DNA of 64,000 nucleotides from Octopus sinensis (lineage: Eukaryota). Each line of letters begins with the position of its first letter. The stretch's first letter is position 1. Made by a program: the position numbers and the translations under genes. The notes below the pieces were generated by a model. It did no database searches and was not told the origin of the DNA. It was given only the letters and a program-made list of their open reading frames with translations. The stretch is from positions 59,892,001 to 59,956,000 of the forward strand of contig NC_043010.1 in NCBI RefSeq assembly GCF_006345805.1, given 5' to 3'. Shown in pieces: positions 13,291 to 26,799 of the stretch.

Positions 13291-13688
13291 CTCTCTTACT
13301 CTTTTACATGTTTCAGTCATTTGACTGTGGCCATGCTGGAGCACCGCCTTTAGTCGAACAAATCGACCCCAGGACTTATTCTTTGTAAGCCCAGTACTTA
13401 TTCTATCGGTCTCTTTTGCCGAACCGCTAAGTGACGGGGACGTAAACACACCAGCATCGGTTGTCAAGCAATGCTAGGGGTACAAATACAGACACACAAA
13501 CACATACACATACACATATATATACGACAGGCTTCTTTCAGTTTCCGTCTACCAAATCCACTCACAAGGCATTGGTCGCCCCGGGGCTATAGCAGAAGAC
13601 ACTTGCCCAAGATGCCACGCAGTGGGACTGAACCCGGAACCATGTGGTTGGTTAGCAAACTACTTACCACACAGCCACTCCTGCGCCT
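13291..13688 (-). mobile_element. tRNA-derived SINE, family 1 (best copy; others ~9655-10045, 12325-12760, 23600-23866, 33245-33605)
   Basis: Head AGGCGCAGGAGTGGCTGTGTGGTAAG...GGTTCAGTCCC (A/B-box-like). Body repeated several times in the window. Confidence 0.8.
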
Positions 13689-13849
13689 ATGTTAGATATT
13701 TTGAAAAAACAACAACAAAAAAAAGCAAATGAAATATGAAATAATTATTTATATAAGCAAGATGAGTGATAAATGAATATTGACTGGATGTGTGGAGAGG
13801 TTGTGTCACTAAGGTATTTCTGAGAGAAACAAATGGACTGGGATGGATC

Positions 13850-14700
13850 CAGAATGCTAATACATGTAGCCTACACTACAACATACCATGTGATAACTGG
13901 AGTTGTTTATCACCCCAGCAAATTACTATCAAGACACACAACTTTCTGACATCCTCACAACTGCATCAAAGAAAACAGATCCCTATCTTTTCATCACTGG
14001 TTATTTCAACTATTTAGAGATTGTTTTGGAAACCTTTCTCCATCAACTGGAAATTGCAAGAGATTTCCTAGATTCAGTCCTGGATTCAAACCAGTCCCAA
14101 GAAGTCATTTCCCACAAGAGGTGACAACACTTGGGATTATGCTATTTCATCACTGCTCCAGAAACTGTTACCAGCATCACGATCAAGGACTCTTTGGGTC
14201 ACTCTAATCATACCCTGATCATTGCCAATCAGTGTCTTATGAGTAGAACGTAAAGCCACTACCACCTCCAAACTGCTTACTTTGACTGGAATTCCTCTTG
14301 TACAGCATTTAAAATGGCCTGCATTTTACGATTCTAGAGATAATGCTATGCTTCAGCAAGTCTTCAATTCAATCTGGGCTGACGTGCAAAGCATCTGTAG
14401 CATTAAAAACCTCAAGAGTGCAATCTGGGATACTGCAACAGCCTGCCTTGTCAGGAAAGGAAGAGGAGATGCCAAACATGGATACAGATTATATTAAAAC
14501 AGCACAACCATATCAAGCAAATGACTAAAAAAGGAGTATTTAAATCTAAAGAAGAAAGAGCGACCCAGATAGTAAAGTGTTCTAGAAATACATACATTTG
14601 AAACAGTTGCCTCACTCTAGTCAACACTCTCTGAAATCCCCATGCAGGGCAGATTACTGATGATCTCAAAAAGTGTGGGGACACATGGTGCCAAATTCTG
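13850..14700 (+). mobile_element. Decayed LINE AP-endonuclease region (CR1-like)
   Basis: LFITGYFN (GDFN), DFLDSVLDSN, HLGL..ITAPETV and DSLGHSNH (SDH) motifs across frameshifts. Confidence 0.55.
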
Positions 14701-16724
14701 TGCTGGCATTTTGACTTTTGAAAACCCAGACACTCCATCTCCAACACTACTGACTGTCTTTTAGTGTTTTAGTCCATGTATCACACATCTACCTGTGCCT
14801 TTTTTTATTGCTATCTTCTTCTGAACTATGACAGCTTTCTGCCTCCTCTTTTAAACATTTTCAATGGGTTGTCATGCACCTGAGTACTGTATGCAATAAT
14901 CTCATTATTATCACATTATACAATATCATACAACACTTATACATGATAATATACATATCGCATATAATACATGTCACATGAATCGGAACAGAAGTTTTCT
15001 ACCACTGGAAAAATCTATTCTATTTAATCTGATAGCATTAATGTCTCAAGTTTGCTCATTTGAAATCAACTCCACTACTTGACTGGCCCCGGAGGACAAA
15101 AATTGAAATTGACCCTTTAAAGATTTGAAACTGTTTATGTTCTACCAATCTTGCAAATTTACTAAATTGAATGAAATACCATAAAAAAAAACTAGAAAAA
15201 ATAAAAGAAAAAAATGAAATATATCGTTGTATAAATTGTAATAAAAGCAGCATTGTTGTAATATAAATTAAAATATCTGAAAATAGGAACTGATTTAAAA
15301 TTAGAATAAATGGAGAGCGACTTAGGCTAATTAATATGAAATGAAAATAATTGCTGTAAATAAGTCTTGATATAACTATTATATTATTAGAATAATCTGG
15401 CTGTTAAGGAAATATCCTTAGCACTTGGTGGATTACTTGTGTCTTTAAATTATTGTGAAAAAACTAATTAATTTAGAAAATGAATTATTCAGTTGCCTCT
15501 TAATTATCTCCCCATCAATCATAGGCATCGTTTAACGACACACAATAAAAAACAACATTTTCAACTATTGCATTTTGCTAATTTCCCTTCTTTATCAGTT
15601 TACTGATAGTTTAATATTCAAAATATGATGTGAAATAGTGATAAAAAGTAATTTTAATGAATCGGAACACTGAGACAGCATGATTTAATATTTTCATGTT
15701 GGATTTACATAATTTCTCAGTTGTCATTTCTATAACTAAATAAGATTTCTTTAACTTTCTCTCACAATGTAACTGATAATAAAAATGGTGAGAATTAACT
15801 GAAGCCTATGATATATATTATCTGATTATAAAATATAATTTTAAAAGATTCTGTCAATGAATTTCGAACTGTCCCCTTTGGGTATCTCTGTGCATAGAAC
15901 AGCCTTAGACCCTCCTGTCGTTTCTGTTTCCATTTAGTTTTGGAAAGTTACATGCTTCGTTTTGTATCCATTATTTATTAGTGTGTAAAGATAATGGATT
16001 CTTCCAGGGTATGTTGGCATCAGTTAAAGTATTACATCTTAGAACAAGTAGAGGAATACTAAATCTTAGAACGTTAACATGATGAAGCCCAGCAACAATC
16101 TCTCGCCAGAATCCCATTCTAAGTGTTTCAAAAGATCCATAGAGGTAAGATAGTTAAACAGTAGTCAATCAACATGTCTAAACATCTTTATTGTTATGCA
16201 TACTGTCCCAGACTTGAGGAATTTGAGAATATACCTGTGGCCCCTTAGAAAACAGTGAGAAGTTTACTTAGGAAAAAATTGGTTCATTTATTGAGCCTTG
16301 TTTGTATAACACCTGTTATTCTATACACAGGTGTAAGGACAAGTAAGTGAATATTAATTTCATGAAAATTAAATTATATCTGCTAATGAAATAATGATCC
16401 TAACCTGAACTATCAGCTACCAACCTTTCAAATGCCTAACTGTTGGAAAATTTAAGTAAAATGAAATGTTTGCTATAAAGAAAGAAATTTTGCAAAAAGA
16501 AAATCTAATTGACAATAAAATCAGGTATATATGACTGATAAATTCTATTTATATATTTTACCTGGTCTGACCAAATTTGCTTAACTGTAATATCTATAAT
16601 GTGTTGCTGTCTTTGAGAAGTGTAGATTTTGGGAAAAAATTGAAAACTGCTCATTTGAAACACTGGCCTTAACTTGTTTTATTGTTTGGTGCTGTTGTTG
16701 GGTCGTCTCCTTCATCTCTCACAG

Positions 16725-16957
16725 GGAAACACATCTCAACCAATCTAACTGAAGGTGGAGAAAGTATCATCCATCTCCTCCACACCCACCTTCCCGTTTA
16801 CTAAACATCACACATAGACAGAATAGTGAGAGAAGAAAGAACTACAGATTCCCAATGACTTATTCACTTCACTAATCCATCAACATGTCACACCACAGCA
16901 GCAGTCATACTGGAGTATTAATAATACTGGAGAATACTGGGAATTTACACAATAAAG
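16725..16957 (+). other. Candidate non-coding exon, possibly the 5' UTR exon of the protocadherin
   Basis: Acceptor-like ctccttcatctctcaCAG|G at 16724 and strong donor AAG|GTGAGT at 16957/16958, in a stretch without recognisable repeats. The link to 56968 is inference. Confidence 0.4.
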
Positions 16958-18128
16958 GTGAGTATGTTCCTGCTATTTCTGACACCTAAATCAGACTAGC
17001 TGAAAAATCTAAGAAAAGAAAAAAAAAAAAATAAACAAATAAGAAAACCAGCCAGAGAATTAGATTTATTAGTTAAGATAGAAAGCTGTAAGATTCTGAA
17101 GAATTTCGCCAAACATATCTAGTAGTAAATAATTTCCCCATATTCCTTGGAAAATTTCATATATTCTGCGAAAAATATATTGATAATAAATTAGATTTAT
17201 TTTGTGTTGAAGAATTTGTTCTTTTATCAGGTTAAACAAGTTGGAAGATGTTGTTAATGAAAAAAGCTGTGCTATTGCTGGGACCATCTATCTAATATAT
17301 CAGTAATACTGCACCAGCAGGAAAATAACTCTGTTGGATATTTTTAGACATTTTCCTCTTCTATTTCTTGCTTGGAAGGTTTATTGATCAGCTGTAATGT
17401 CTCCTTCTAATGGTTAGCCTCAGGCCTTATACAAGTGAGAAACTGTACACAAAGAATTGTTTCTTGTGTTAGTTGCTGGCCTTTAATTCCTCGGCGGGGC
17501 AGGGAGAGCCAGCAATTTTGTAGGAATAGGGGAGAAAAGAAAACCAACCTTATCCCATTTTAAAGTCATTTCTTTATTGTTATTAGTTAGATCAATGACC
17601 CTGCTCTGCCGGCCAGACGGTCATGCCAGCCTTCTGCATATTCTACCAATAATAACGTGGTTAATGCCCTTAGCAGATCTCTGCTGCTTCCACCTATCAC
17701 TTCCTCTTTGCACTACCATCCCTTCCCCCCTCCCCCACCAGCACCACAGCACCAACTCCCTTCCCTCCCCGACCACCACCGTTAAGCTGCTTCAATTTAC
17801 ACTCTACAATGGAGATGAGCAGATATTCACTCCCATACAACTTACCTCAATTTATTCTTTGTTATTTCATTTCAATTGAAGCAGGCAGATTTCTTATTCC
17901 TATAGAAACACTGCGTATATACCTACACCACACACATGTATACATAAATATGCCTCTTTACGTGTGTGCATGTATGTAAAGCCATATTTATGTATGTGTA
18001 TATATGTTCGTGTGTGTGTGTACTGAAATAATGCATGCATATAGACACATATACACACAAACATTCACCTATGCACAAACCAACTTATGTTCAAAAATAC
18101 ACATGCATGCAGAAGTTCCTTCCTACAT

Positions 18129-18168
<40 letters not shown>

Positions 18169-19199
18169 CAGAGGAACATATATACATAACTTTTCAGATC
18201 TGTTTATGTAGAATGTATGAATATTTCTTTAACACATACGAGAAATAAGCATCGGCTATGTTGTTTTCATGATGCTTGTATATAGATACACGTGTAAATG
18301 CATACAAACATTCACACCTGCACACAACATAAACACACACACACACACACACACAAAGGTTTATGCAATTTTAAGTAGATATTTATGCAAGGACATATAC
18401 AGAAACATAGCCTTAATATTAAAGAGTGTGTGTGTGTGTGTGTTATATATCAGTCGTACTTTTTTCTGAGATTATTTTCTTCCCTAAAAGCATCCAACCT
18501 TCAGATATTCAGTGTATAAAAATAGAACGTTGGTGTTTTCCTTCTACCCACCCAGGCTCTCCAACTTTAATTTAATTTCTAATTAGCTGCCAGCTTCTTT
18601 GTTCCCCCCCCCCTTTATTATTTCAATTACACATCCTTTTTGTTCTGCTCCACAAGGTTGCAGTTGTTCAATGTTTTCAGCTTGACCTACCTGTTAAGTG
18701 TTGTGAGCAGCAGCAGCAGCAGCTACAGCAGGTACTTTCCGGAGAACATGCTTTCTTCATCAGTTTAAGGTGAATGGGGGTGGGGGGTGGGGGAGCGACA
18801 AAATAATTCTAGATTTGAACGAACAATCAAATGCGGACTGGTCTTGGGAGGAGAGTCTGAACTAGTTTCTCCAGGGATCGGTTGCTATCACACGAGAAGA
18901 CAAATGTTTACTTCTCTAACTCAGAATGAAGGTCTTTCCTCTGTGTGTGTGTGTGTGTGTGTGTGTGTTGAAGTACAGGTGTTTTGGAAGAATTAAATAT
19001 CTGTAGAGATTTTCCCAAAATGATGAGACTGGTGGAGACTTTTACCTGTCATTTAATGTGTGTCACTTTGGCTCTTTCTAAGTAGTTTGGATGATCTTCA
19101 AGAATCAGATAATAGAGACAAAAGCACACGACTGGAAACATTAAGTTATGAGGGTTGTACATCACTGACAACACACGCTATGGTACTGATAAACACACA

Positions 19200-20720
19200 C
19201 TATAGTGCTGACAGACAACACTATAGTGCTGACAGACAGCCCTATAGTGCTTACAGACAACACTATAGTGCTGACAGACAACACTATAGTGCTGACAGAC
19301 AACCCTATAGTGCTGACAGATAACCCTATAGTGCTGACAGACAACCCTATAGTGCTGACAGACAACACTATAGTGCTGACAGACAACACTATAGTGCTGA
19401 CAGACAACACTATAGTGCTGACAGACAACACTATAGTGCTGACAGACAGCCCTATAGTGCTGACAGACAACACTATAGTGCTGACAGACAACCCTATAGT
19501 GCTGACAGACAACACTATAGTGCTGACAGACAACACTATAGTGCTGACAGACAACACTATAGTGCTGACAGACAGCCCTATAGTGCTGACAGACAACACT
19601 ATAGTGCTGACAGACAACCCTATAGTGCTGACAGACAACACTATAGTGCTGACAGACAACACTATAGTGCTGACAGACAACACTATAGTGCTGACAGACA
19701 GCCCTATAGTGCTGACAGACAACACTATAGTGCTGACAGACAGCCCTATAGTGCTAACAGACAACACTATAGTGCTGACAGACAGCCCTATAGTGCTGAC
19801 AGACAGCCCTATAGTGCTGACAGACAGCCCTATAGTGCTGACAGACAACACTATAGTGCTGACAGACAACACTATAGTGCTGACAGACAACCCTATATTG
19901 CTGACAGACAGCCCTATATTGCTGACAGACAGCCCTATAGTGCTGACAGACAGCCCTATAGTGCTGACAGACAACACTATAGTGCTGACAGACAACACTA
20001 TAGTGCTGACAGACAACCCTATATTGCTGACAGACAACACTATAGTGCTAACAGACAACACTATAGTGCTAACAGACAACCCTATAGTGCTAACAGACAA
20101 CACTATAGTGCTGACAGACAGCCCTATAGTGCTGACAGACAGCCCTATAGCGCTGACAGACAGCCCTATAGTGCTGACAGACAACACTATAGAGCTGACA
20201 GCCCTATGGTGCTGACAGACAACACTATAGTGCTGACAGCCCTATGGTGCTGACAGACAGCCCTATAGTGCTGACAGACAACACTATAGTGCTGACAGAC
20301 AACACTATAGTGCTGACAGACAACACTATAGTGCTGACAGACAACCCTATATTGCTGACAGACAACACTATAGTGCTAACAGACAACACTATAGTGCTAA
20401 CAGACAACCCTATAGTGCTAACAGACAACACTATAGTGCTGACAGACAGCCCTATAGTGCTGACAGACAGCCCTATAGTGCTGACAGACAACACTATAGT
20501 GCTGACAGACAACACTATAGTGCTGACAGACAACCCTATATTGCTGACAGACAACACTATAGTGCTAACAGACAACACTATAGTGCTAACAGACAACCCT
20601 ATAGTGCTAACAGACAACACTATAGTGCTGACAGACAGCCCTATAGTGCTGACAGACAGCCCTATAGTGCTGACAGACAACACTATGTGCTGACAGACAG
20701 TATTGTAGTACTGACAGACA
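19200..20720. repeat. 21-bp minisatellite (CTATAGTGCTGACAGACAACA and variants), ~70 copies
   Basis: Direct reading. Variants end in AACA, AACC or AGCC. Degenerate continuation at 21060-21330 and 21590-21650. Confidence 0.98.
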
Positions 20721-23700
20721 ATGAGCGTTAGGCCTCATAGGGGCAAAGTGTTTGAGTTCCTTTTGAGTGTTGGGCCTCATGGAGGCAATGGCCAACACAT
20801 TTTGCATTATGTCGTGCTTGGGAAGACCCTTCAAGCCGAGCAAAATTGCAGTCATGGCAGATACTGGTGTCATGCAAATGGCACATAAATGCACCCATTA
20901 CACTCTTGGAGTGGTTGGCATTAGGAAGGGCATCCAGCCAGAGAAAGCCATGCCAAATCAGATTGGAGTCTGATACAGTCTTCCAGCTTGTCAGCCCTGG
21001 TCAAACCATCCAACCCAAGCCAGAATGGACAATGGACGTTAAATGATGATGATGATGATGACAGACAGCACTATAGTACTGATAGTCAATACTAGGGCAG
21101 TGAAAGACAACATTATAAAACTGATAGTCAATACTATAGTACTGACAGACTATGGTACTGATGAACAATGATATAGTGCTGACAAACAACACTATAATAA
21201 TGACAGACAACACTATGGTACGATACACTACAGTACTGATAGATAGCACTATAGTATTGACAAATAACATTATAATACTGACAGACACTATAGTACTGAC
21301 AGACAATACTATTATACTGGCAGACAATATTCTTCTCTACTCTAGGCACAAGACCCGAAATGTTTGGGGAGGGCGCCAGTCGATTAGATCAACCCCATTA
21401 AGTAACTGGTGCTTAATTTATCGACTCCAAAAGGATGAAAGGCAAAGTCAACTTCAGCAGAATTTGAACTCAGAACGTAAAGACAGATGAAATACCGCAA
21501 AGTTTTTCGCCTGGGGTGCTCACATTTCTACCAGCTTGCAGCCTTACTAACAGAGAATATTGTAAGACAACAGTCTAGTAGTGATATAGATAAAACTATA
21601 ATACTGACAGACAACACTATAGTACTGAGAGACAAGGCTACAATACTGAAAACTCTCTCCAAGTGGCAAGCACTTAGTCTCATTGTTAAAATGAGTTGAG
21701 AGGATGATGAGGTTACAATTTCAGTTGCAAAGTACCAAGTCAACAACTTAGTTTCTGCTTCAAATTGCAGCTCCTTCTCTGTCAGTAATATCCTTCATAC
21801 TGCTGGGTCTGAACTAGTTGCATGTGTTCAGATTCAGGCATGTATTAAGCAAACAATATTTGATATGTTGATTCAACAATTAATGTCTTACAATTTGGGG
21901 TTTTGTGGTTGCTTTTCAGATCTGTTGATCATTGCTTCCATTATGTTTGAGGCTCAAAACTCCAAACTAAATCAGTGTTTGATTCCTGATCTTGCAAATA
22001 TTCAGAGTTTAGAAATGTTTACTGTTGTGTTGTATCTGTAACTAAACATTATATAACTACACTAGATGTTATTAATATTAGTTTCAAATTTTGGCACAAG
22101 GCCAGCAATTTTGGAGAAGGTGAATTTGATTACATTGACCCCAGAGTTCAACTGGTACTTATTTTATTGACCCCAAAAGGATGAAAGTCAAAGTCGGCCT
22201 CAGTGGAATTTGAACTCAGAACCTAAAGATGGATGAAAAGCTGCTATGCATTGCCCAGCATGCTAATGATCCTGCAGAACACTGCCATTATTTTATGTTA
22301 TATTAGCTACACTCAATATCTCTAGCTAAAGATCTAGGTTCTGAGTTCAAATTCTACCAAGGTCAACTATGCCTTTCATCTTTCTGGGGTCATTAAACTA
22401 AATACCCGTCATGTATTGGGGTCGATACAATCAACTTACTCCTCCCCTGAAATTGCTGTCTTTGTGCCAAAGTTTGAAACCAATATCTTTAGCTAAAAGT
22501 TTATACAACTTCTCTGGAAGTCATATAAGATTAGTTTCTACAAAGAGACAGAGGATGAAATTTTAGAGCAGCAAGAGTTTAGTTGATTAAATGGACAGCC
22601 CCTACCTTATTGATTCTGTATTTCATTGACCCCAGGAATAATGAAAGGCAAAGTCAACTGCAGTTGGACTCAGAATATAAAAACACTTCTAACCAAATGC
22701 AAGGAATCTCGTTAGACGCTCTAACAATGCTGCCAGTTCTGTCATGGTGCAATAGGTAAGCTCTTACTCTGCCCCAAATGGCATTTCCAGAGAATGGGCC
22801 TTTGAATTCATTTTCATTATTATGTCTCTGGATATATATCCTGCTTATAGCATTCTATCTTTGGAATATGAAGACATCGATGGGTGAGATTTTAATTATT
22901 CAGTTCAACCAAAAATTGTGGAAAGGCACCACAAGCACTTCTATTTGTTACTTGCTCTTTACCTGCCGAGATCCACAATATTTGCACTCTTTGAGCTCTT
23001 TTGGCTTCCAAACTTTAATTTTCTTCCATGGAAATAACTTCATTAATCAACATTAAGATAAATTAGTTGACTCTCTCTATGGAGTTAGAAATGCACAGAT
23101 GAATTGTTAAGGCTGAACACTTGGTTTAACATTTGACATTGAAAATGGAACGAATTCTCTGGTGAAACTGATTGAGGCAAGAGAAGTATTGTCCAGCCTG
23201 ACCGATTGAGGCAAATAATGTTCAGTTAGATTGGTAGTGGCCAGAGACACCCAGCTAAACTGACTCTGAGCCAAGTAATATCTACCTACGTGTATTGAGG
23301 CATTTAACATCCAGCTCGATTAATTAAGGCAAGCATTGTCCAACCACACGAAATGAAGCAAGTGGGAGACCTAAATGGATTAAATGATGCTTTTTACAGA
23401 ATTCGTTAGTGTCTTTTTACCACTATCTCATTACTATAATTAATTGGCCACTGAACATCTAAATTAATTTAAGATTATGACTTATGACAATTCACAAGCA
23501 GAGGCAAAGGTTTTTTGTAGGCCTTATTGCTCCTCATAAATTAGTGAGATAATAATTAGATGTGTGTGTGTGTGTGCTTGCATGTGCATGCGTGAGTATA
23601 TCTTATCTGTTACTTGGTTCTGTCATTGGATTGCAGCCATGCTGGGGTAGTGTCTTGAAGGGTTTGGTCAAACAAACCAACACTCATTGTCAAGTAGTGA

Positions 23701-23866
23701 GACAAGGGACGGACACACACACACACACACGATAGGCTTCTCCAAATCCACTCACTATGTATTGGCTGGTTTGGGGCTACAGTAAGAAAACACTTGCATA
23801 ATATGCTGCACAGTGGGACTGAACCTAAAACCACAGGGTCCCAAAGTGAGTTTCTTGACCACACCT

Positions 23867-25148
23867 CATAAATAATGTGGTTTTTTTTTAAAAAACTTCT
23901 TTTATTTTTCAAAATTAAGAGAAACAAAGTTCTTTTTTAATCTAAAATATACTCTCCTCCTTTTTCTACAATGCTCTTCCATCTATCTGCTAGACTTGCA
24001 AGACCCCTCTTCCACGATTCACTTGTCCGTTGCGGAAAACATTCCTCCAGTACTGTTCTGACCTTGTCTACAGAATTCATTTTCTTTCTGTCCAAATGAT
24101 TTTGAAGATTGTGGAATAAATGATAATCAGATGGGACAATATCCAGCGAATATGGTGGGTGGGACATCATTTCCCATTTAAAAAGATCCAGCCCTTGGAA
24201 TGTCATTCTCGTTGTAGGTGGCCGAGGATTATCCTGATGGAAGAACACCTTTCTTCTCAAAACCAGAGACAGTCATTTTTCTTCTAGCACTCACTTAAGC
24301 CACTCAAGCTGCTCGCAGCAGATCTCCTTTGTTATCATTTGGTTTGGGTTTAAAAGTTCAAAGTGGATTAAACCTTTCATATCCCACCAAACAGATAACA
24401 CCTTACATGGGTAAAGACCTTCTTTAGCCTAAGGTGCCAGTATTTCCTCTTTTCCTACCCACTGTCTTTGGCACTTGACATTTTTATAGAGAACCCATTT
24501 CTTGTCACTAATCACTATTTGATCCAAAAAAGGTTAATTTGTGAGATGTGACAGAAAACAAGAGCACACATTCACTCTTTGCATGCAATTAGACTTGGAA
24601 AGTTTGTGAGGAAATCATTGATCCAATTTGCTGACTTTTCCAATGACACATAGGTGTCAATGAATGGTTGAATGACTAAATCTAAGCTTCTCTGCTAGTT
24701 CCTCAACAGTTACGATGGGATTTTGTTCCACCAGGGTTTGCAGGACAACCTCATTGAGCTCTACAGATCTTCTAGGATGAGGCTCATCCTCTAGGCTGTA
24801 GCTTCTGCCTGGGAATTTCTGGAACCACCGTTGACACTGGTTTATGCTTATTGTCCAATCCCCATATTCTGCATTAATGTTCCTTGCACGTCCTGTTGTG
24901 TTGTTGCCTTTATTGAACTCACAAAGCAAAATATGCCAAATATTCTCATTTGTCACTTCCATTATAGTTTTGAAAAAAATAACTGTTAAAATCGAACTGC
25001 ACTCTTCAAAACTTGCACTAAGAATAAGGACAAGGTAAAATTACTACCTGCCTTTATAGCAACTTGATGGAGGTAGTTTATGCTGTGCCCCTCCAACTTT
25101 TAGTTCATGCAATTGAAAAAACTGCATTATTTATGGTATGACCCAATA
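23867..25148 (-). mobile_element. Decayed mariner (DD34D) element with TIRs
   Basis: HTH region (QCQRWFQKF...LEDEPHP) at 24657-24962. Catalytic end HQDNPRP...HPPYSLDIVPSDYHLF at 23937-24260. TIR-like CATAAATAATG(T/C)(G/A)GTTTTT at 23867 and, inverted, at 25115-25146 followed by TA. Confidence 0.88.
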
Positions 25149-25203
25149 CATACCACTGAGTTGATATTATGAAGATGAATTGAATGGGGAGAACAAATAA
25201 TTG

Positions 25204-25204
<1 letters not shown>

Positions 25205-25284
<80 letters not shown>

Positions 25285-25285
25285 A
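25205..25285. repeat. (GA)n microsatellite (others 29015-29067, 47148-47186, 61511-61578)
   Basis: Direct reading. Confidence 0.97.
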
Positions 25286-25749
25286 AGAAATTGTTTCAAA
25301 TACAAAAAGTTTTAGTTAAGAATTTTTATGCCATACAAAAGAGTCATATTCTTCTGTTGTTCTTTGCATCGACCAATTGTGAGGATTGCAATGGGTTCCA
25401 TGATGTAAAATAAGACATGGCCCAAAAAAAGGAAACATGGCAGAGGACAATAACAAAAGTCTTAAAAGCAGAGGCTTAACAGTGGAACAAGCTCTCAAGG
25501 ATGCTTTCAATGTTAGAAGGTGGAATGTTCTTGTTGCCGCCTCAAGTCCCACAAGGCACAATGAGCACCGAATGAATGAATACAAAAGCCACACATATTT
25601 TGCACAAATGTCTCAGTTTGTAAGCATGGGTTCTATCGTGCCCTTAGATTCTTCCATAGGTCCAAATGCAAGCAAAATAAACACACATAACACTTGCCTA
25701 TATACTTCCATGCTTGTTACAATATCTGTACATTTTTTTCTCTTTCAAC

Positions 25750-26570
25750 AATCAGCAAAAGAAGCTGGCTAGCTGTAATAATCTTTTTTTAATTTTTAAT
25801 TCTTTATCTTTTATCCATTTAATCCTATATAAACCCCCTAAAGTAAGGCATCTATTTTTATAGTTATTTTTTAGCCATCCTTACTGACCACTGAATATTT
25901 TTTCCTGACCACACTGAACCTACAATTCGTTTATTTAATTAATAGCCATAAATGCCTTCCTCCTCCACTTCACCAAAACCTTAATGCCCGACATCTCACC
26001 CTGAACTGACCCTAACAAAGAATAATACTGGCATCTTATCTTTATTTTTTTGTTTGATTTTGATTTTACCTTTGCCCTCATTCATTCTCTCCTCCCCCCC
26101 CCACATCCCATTCCTTTCTCCTCTCTCTTCTATTTACTCACTCACAGCCCATATCTGCCTATCATGATGTCTGTCTCTCTCACTCCGTCTACCCCCCACG
26201 TTGACCATTCTCATACCAGCTAACCACTTAATCTATTCCTTCAACATGAATGCTGCCAAAATACTGCTTGGATTTACACTTAAGGACCTATAACCTTCAC
26301 CGAAGTATGGACCGACCTCCATACCCTCTCGAAGAAAATGAACTGTGAACTTTATTCTCCTCTCTCTAGTCTTCTATCAACCGTTTTACTCTTTATTCTT
26401 CTATCTGCTATTCTATTCTTTTATAAACTGTGAATTCTGTCTTGAACTTTCATACTCACCTTATCTCTGATGACAGAATACTCAGTGTATGAACATGCTA
26501 ACCTGTCACTTGGGATATCCCAGAAACAGCTGTAAGACATTAATTAATTAATTAACTAATTAATTAATTG
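25750..26570 (+). mobile_element. Decayed Penelope-like 3' region ending in a hammerhead-like motif and (TTAA)n tail
   Basis: Pyrimidine-rich 3'-UTR-like sequence, then CTGATGA (26467)...GAAACAGCTGTA (26523-26534) and an AT-repeat tail. Confidence 0.45.
26461..26540 (+). ncRNA. Decayed type I hammerhead motif
   Basis: Core CTGATGA, GAAA, perfect stem III palindrome ACAGCTGT, GUA triplet. Stem I partial (TCT/AGA) and stem II degraded. Confidence 0.5.
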
Positions 26571-26799
26571 CTTCAAATTCATCTTTACTCTAATTAAATA
26601 TTCTAAATGACTTGAGATACTTGTCCTGCCTTGGTTTTTGTTGTCCTTTATCCCCTAATAAATACCTGCTAAAATGGGAGCCTATTACAGATCCCTAGCT
26701 CCAGCCTCAACTGTGAACTTGGAACCTAATGGATGACCAATTACAGCATTTACACTGCATCCCTGTTCGTTTAGGTCACCAGTGAACTAAGACCCCCTC

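Noticed and set aside
19200-19230. SP6-promoter-like ACACTATAG (vector contamination)
   Set aside because: Only 9 nt, and an integral part of the minisatellite unit.
19060-20693. Long ORFs (336, 341, 149, 152 aa) of LTDNTIV / LSVSTIV repeats
   Set aside because: They arise automatically from a 21-bp unit lacking stops in some frames. They are open on both strands, with no unique flanking coding sequence.
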